DNA of 64,000 nucleotides from positions 107,882,001 through 107,946,000 of the forward strand of contig CM059432.1 of assembly GCA_030390025.1 (NCBI GenBank), in the 5' to 3' direction. The translations under genes and the position numbers were made by a program. A model generated the notes under the pieces. The model made no database searches. It had not been told where the DNA came from and was given only the letters and a program-made list of their open reading frames with translations. The DNA comes from Squalus acanthias. Taxonomy: Eukaryota. Below are positions 61,740 to 64,000 of this stretch, piece after piece. Every line of letters begins with the position of its first letter. Position 1 is the stretch's first letter.

Positions 61740-63314
61740 CTTTTGAGAGTAGGGGAAGGCTACGTTAGTGTTAGTGCTATGAGTACACACAATAAAAAAA
61801 CTCGACACAGCATGAAAAGGAAACAAAAATCCCATTTAATAAACTAATTTGACGCATTCTGCTGCAGCTTACCAGCAAGGGCCACTCATTTATGGTTTTT
61901 ACGGAAATTCAATGCCTACAAATCCCGGAATCCCGTACAATGAAAATGGATTTTGAATTATTCAGTCACCATAAACCAGTGTCCCTGCTTTATCAGTTCT
62001 ATGCACAGATCAACTGAGAGTAAAGCAGCCATAGACATAGTATAGTACTTGTACCAAGTATTCCATGTCCAGTGACACTAATATGTAACTAAACAGCTTC
62101 GAAATGCAGACTCAGTAAGAAAGATAACAGAAATGCTGAGGAATCTGACTCAAATACACTTAATCAGAAGGCTGGCATTCACAACACCAAAATAAAATCA
62201 AAGGAAAGATTCTCTGTCTAAAATTTGAGTGTCCACGGCACCAGCTGGGTTCGTTGGTCACTTTCAAAACTAACAAGGATTCCATCGGTTCCGAGCCAAT
62301 TTGTTTGGTTTCCCTTGGTTTTACTTCAGTGCCAACACTGGTGAATTACTATTACTGTGCGAAGTCACAGTTCACTATCTTGTCCTGTTTAACCTCTATG
62401 AACTTCTCTACCTCCTTATTTCCTACATACCTAGAGCTTACTTACCCTTCCAAACTGACGACTCTACTCCCTTGCTTTCCCTTCCCCTGCCATATTAGTT
62501 TGAACCCACCCCCAAAGCTGTAGTCAACCTACCCAGGAGCATTCTGATCCCAGCTCTCTTCAGCTGCAGACTGTCCATTGGTACATCTTGCTCCTGCCCC
62601 AGAGCTACATCCAATGACCCAGCAATTTGAACCCTTGCCTCCTACACTGTGTCTATAAACATGCATTTACCTCCCTTATCAGGCTAGTATATACTGGCTA
62701 GCATGGTGCACTGGTAGTCATCTTGAGATTATACTTTTGAGGTCCTGCTACTGACGCTACCTCTTAATTTGCGGAACTGTTTTTCTGCAGAACCTGTATC
62801 CTATTCTACTCTATGTCATTAGTTCCGACATAAACCATGACTTCAGGCCGACCCCATTCCTTCTCCAAGACCTTCTGCACTTGCCCCACTTTGTCCTCTA
62901 CCTTGGCACCTTGGAGACTCACTCTCACAAAACTTCAGTGTTAACTAAGAACTTTACTGAGAAGGCTGACCTTACCTCGCACGCTTCTTGTGCTCCTGAT
63001 TTCGATGCCTCTGCCATCACTGCCAGCTCTGTAGCTGCAAACTCATCAAAAAAATGTCCTCTTCTGCAGCGGGCAGGGGGTGAGGGGTGATGTTCTGTCG
63101 GGTAGCTGACTGAGGCAAGCATGTGCCAGCCATAAAGGGGTAAAGGGAGTGTATGCTCACCGTTGATATCCTAAAGTGGGTGTACAGTTTAACCAGCCCG
63201 ATCGTACGGGGATAAGACAAAAGTGTTCAAGTTATGGGCCGGTGGCACTGGCATCTCCCAGAGCAGCTTGCCTTCACCTAATTTTCTGGCTCCCTTGCTC
63301 ACTATGGGCAGCCA

Positions 63315-64000
63315 TGAAACATAGAAACATAGAAGATAGGAGCAGGAGTAGGCCATTCGGCCCCTCGACCCTGCTCCGCCATTCAATGAGATCATGGCTG
63401 ATCATCCAAACTCAGTACCCTGTACCTGCCTTCTCCCCATATCCCTTGATACCTTTAGCTTTACGAAATATATCTAACTCATTCTTGAATATATTTAATG
63501 ACTTGGCCTCAACTACCTTCTGTGGTAGAGAATTCCACAGGTTCACCACTCTCTGGGTGAAGAAATTCTTCCTCATCTCTGTCCGAAATGGCTTACCCCT
63601 TATCCTTAGATTATGACCCCTGGTTCTGGACTCTCCGACCATCGGGAACATTCTTCCTGCATCTAGTTTGTCCAGACCGGTCAGAATTTTATATGTTTCG
63701 ATGAGATCCCCTCTCATTCTTCTATACTCCAGCGAGTATAAGCCCAATCGACCCAATCTCTCCTCATAGGTCATTCCTGCCATCTCAGGTATCAGCCTTG
63801 TGAATCTTCGCTGAACTCCCTCCATGGCAAGAACATCCTTCCTCAGATAAGGCGACCAATACTGCACACAATACTCAAGGTGTGGTCTCACCAAGGCCCT
63901 GTACAACTGCAGCAGGACATCCCTGTTCCTATACTCAAACCCTTTCGCTATGAAGGCCAACATACCATTTGCCTTCTTCACCGCCTGCTGCACCTGCATG
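63315..64000 (-). mobile_element. CR1 3' end (continues beyond the window)
   Basis: ORF 63412-63999 is an RT C-terminus; CATAGAAA-type tail. Confidence 0.92.

Noticed and set aside
62978..63063. Possible extra AMPH exon with a GAG|gtaagg donor
   Set aside because: Candidate acceptors give phase 1 or 2, the peptide has no recognisable AMPH similarity, and it adjoins decayed CR1-like sequence. Unresolved without RNA data.

Overview
This is vertebrate genomic DNA, almost certainly from a cartilaginous fish (shark-type CR1/L2 LINEs, Deu-domain tRNA-SINEs, Penelope and Harbinger relics); the taxon is inferred from repeat content only. Three host genes are visible. (1) SDHA: two internal exons on the minus strand (5709-5857, 1103-1227). 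(2) C7orf25/UPF0415: the single large coding exon on the plus strand (9572-10855), just after a 500-N assembly gap. (3) Amphiphysin (AMPH): the 3' part on the minus strand, seven exons from 61739 to the stop at 32377, including a tandemly duplicated 60-nt exon. The most notable object is a 6.25-kb retrovirus-like LTR element (12463-18715, minus). It has ~1.37-kb LTRs, a 4-bp TSD and a tRNA-Arg-like PBS. Its Gag is intact (coiled coil, MHR-like motif, CCHC, C-terminal PSAP) and is joined in frame to the protease through a single UGA-CUAG readthrough-type stop followed by a hairpin. Its pol is reduced to a patchwork of protease, RNase H and integrase pieces. Three Penelope-like insertions with 12-bp TSDs and inverted arms carry minimal hammerhead-ribozyme cores on both strands. 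Most of the remaining sequence is decayed transposons. All calls were made by eye with no database searches, and TE boundaries without a TSD are approximate.
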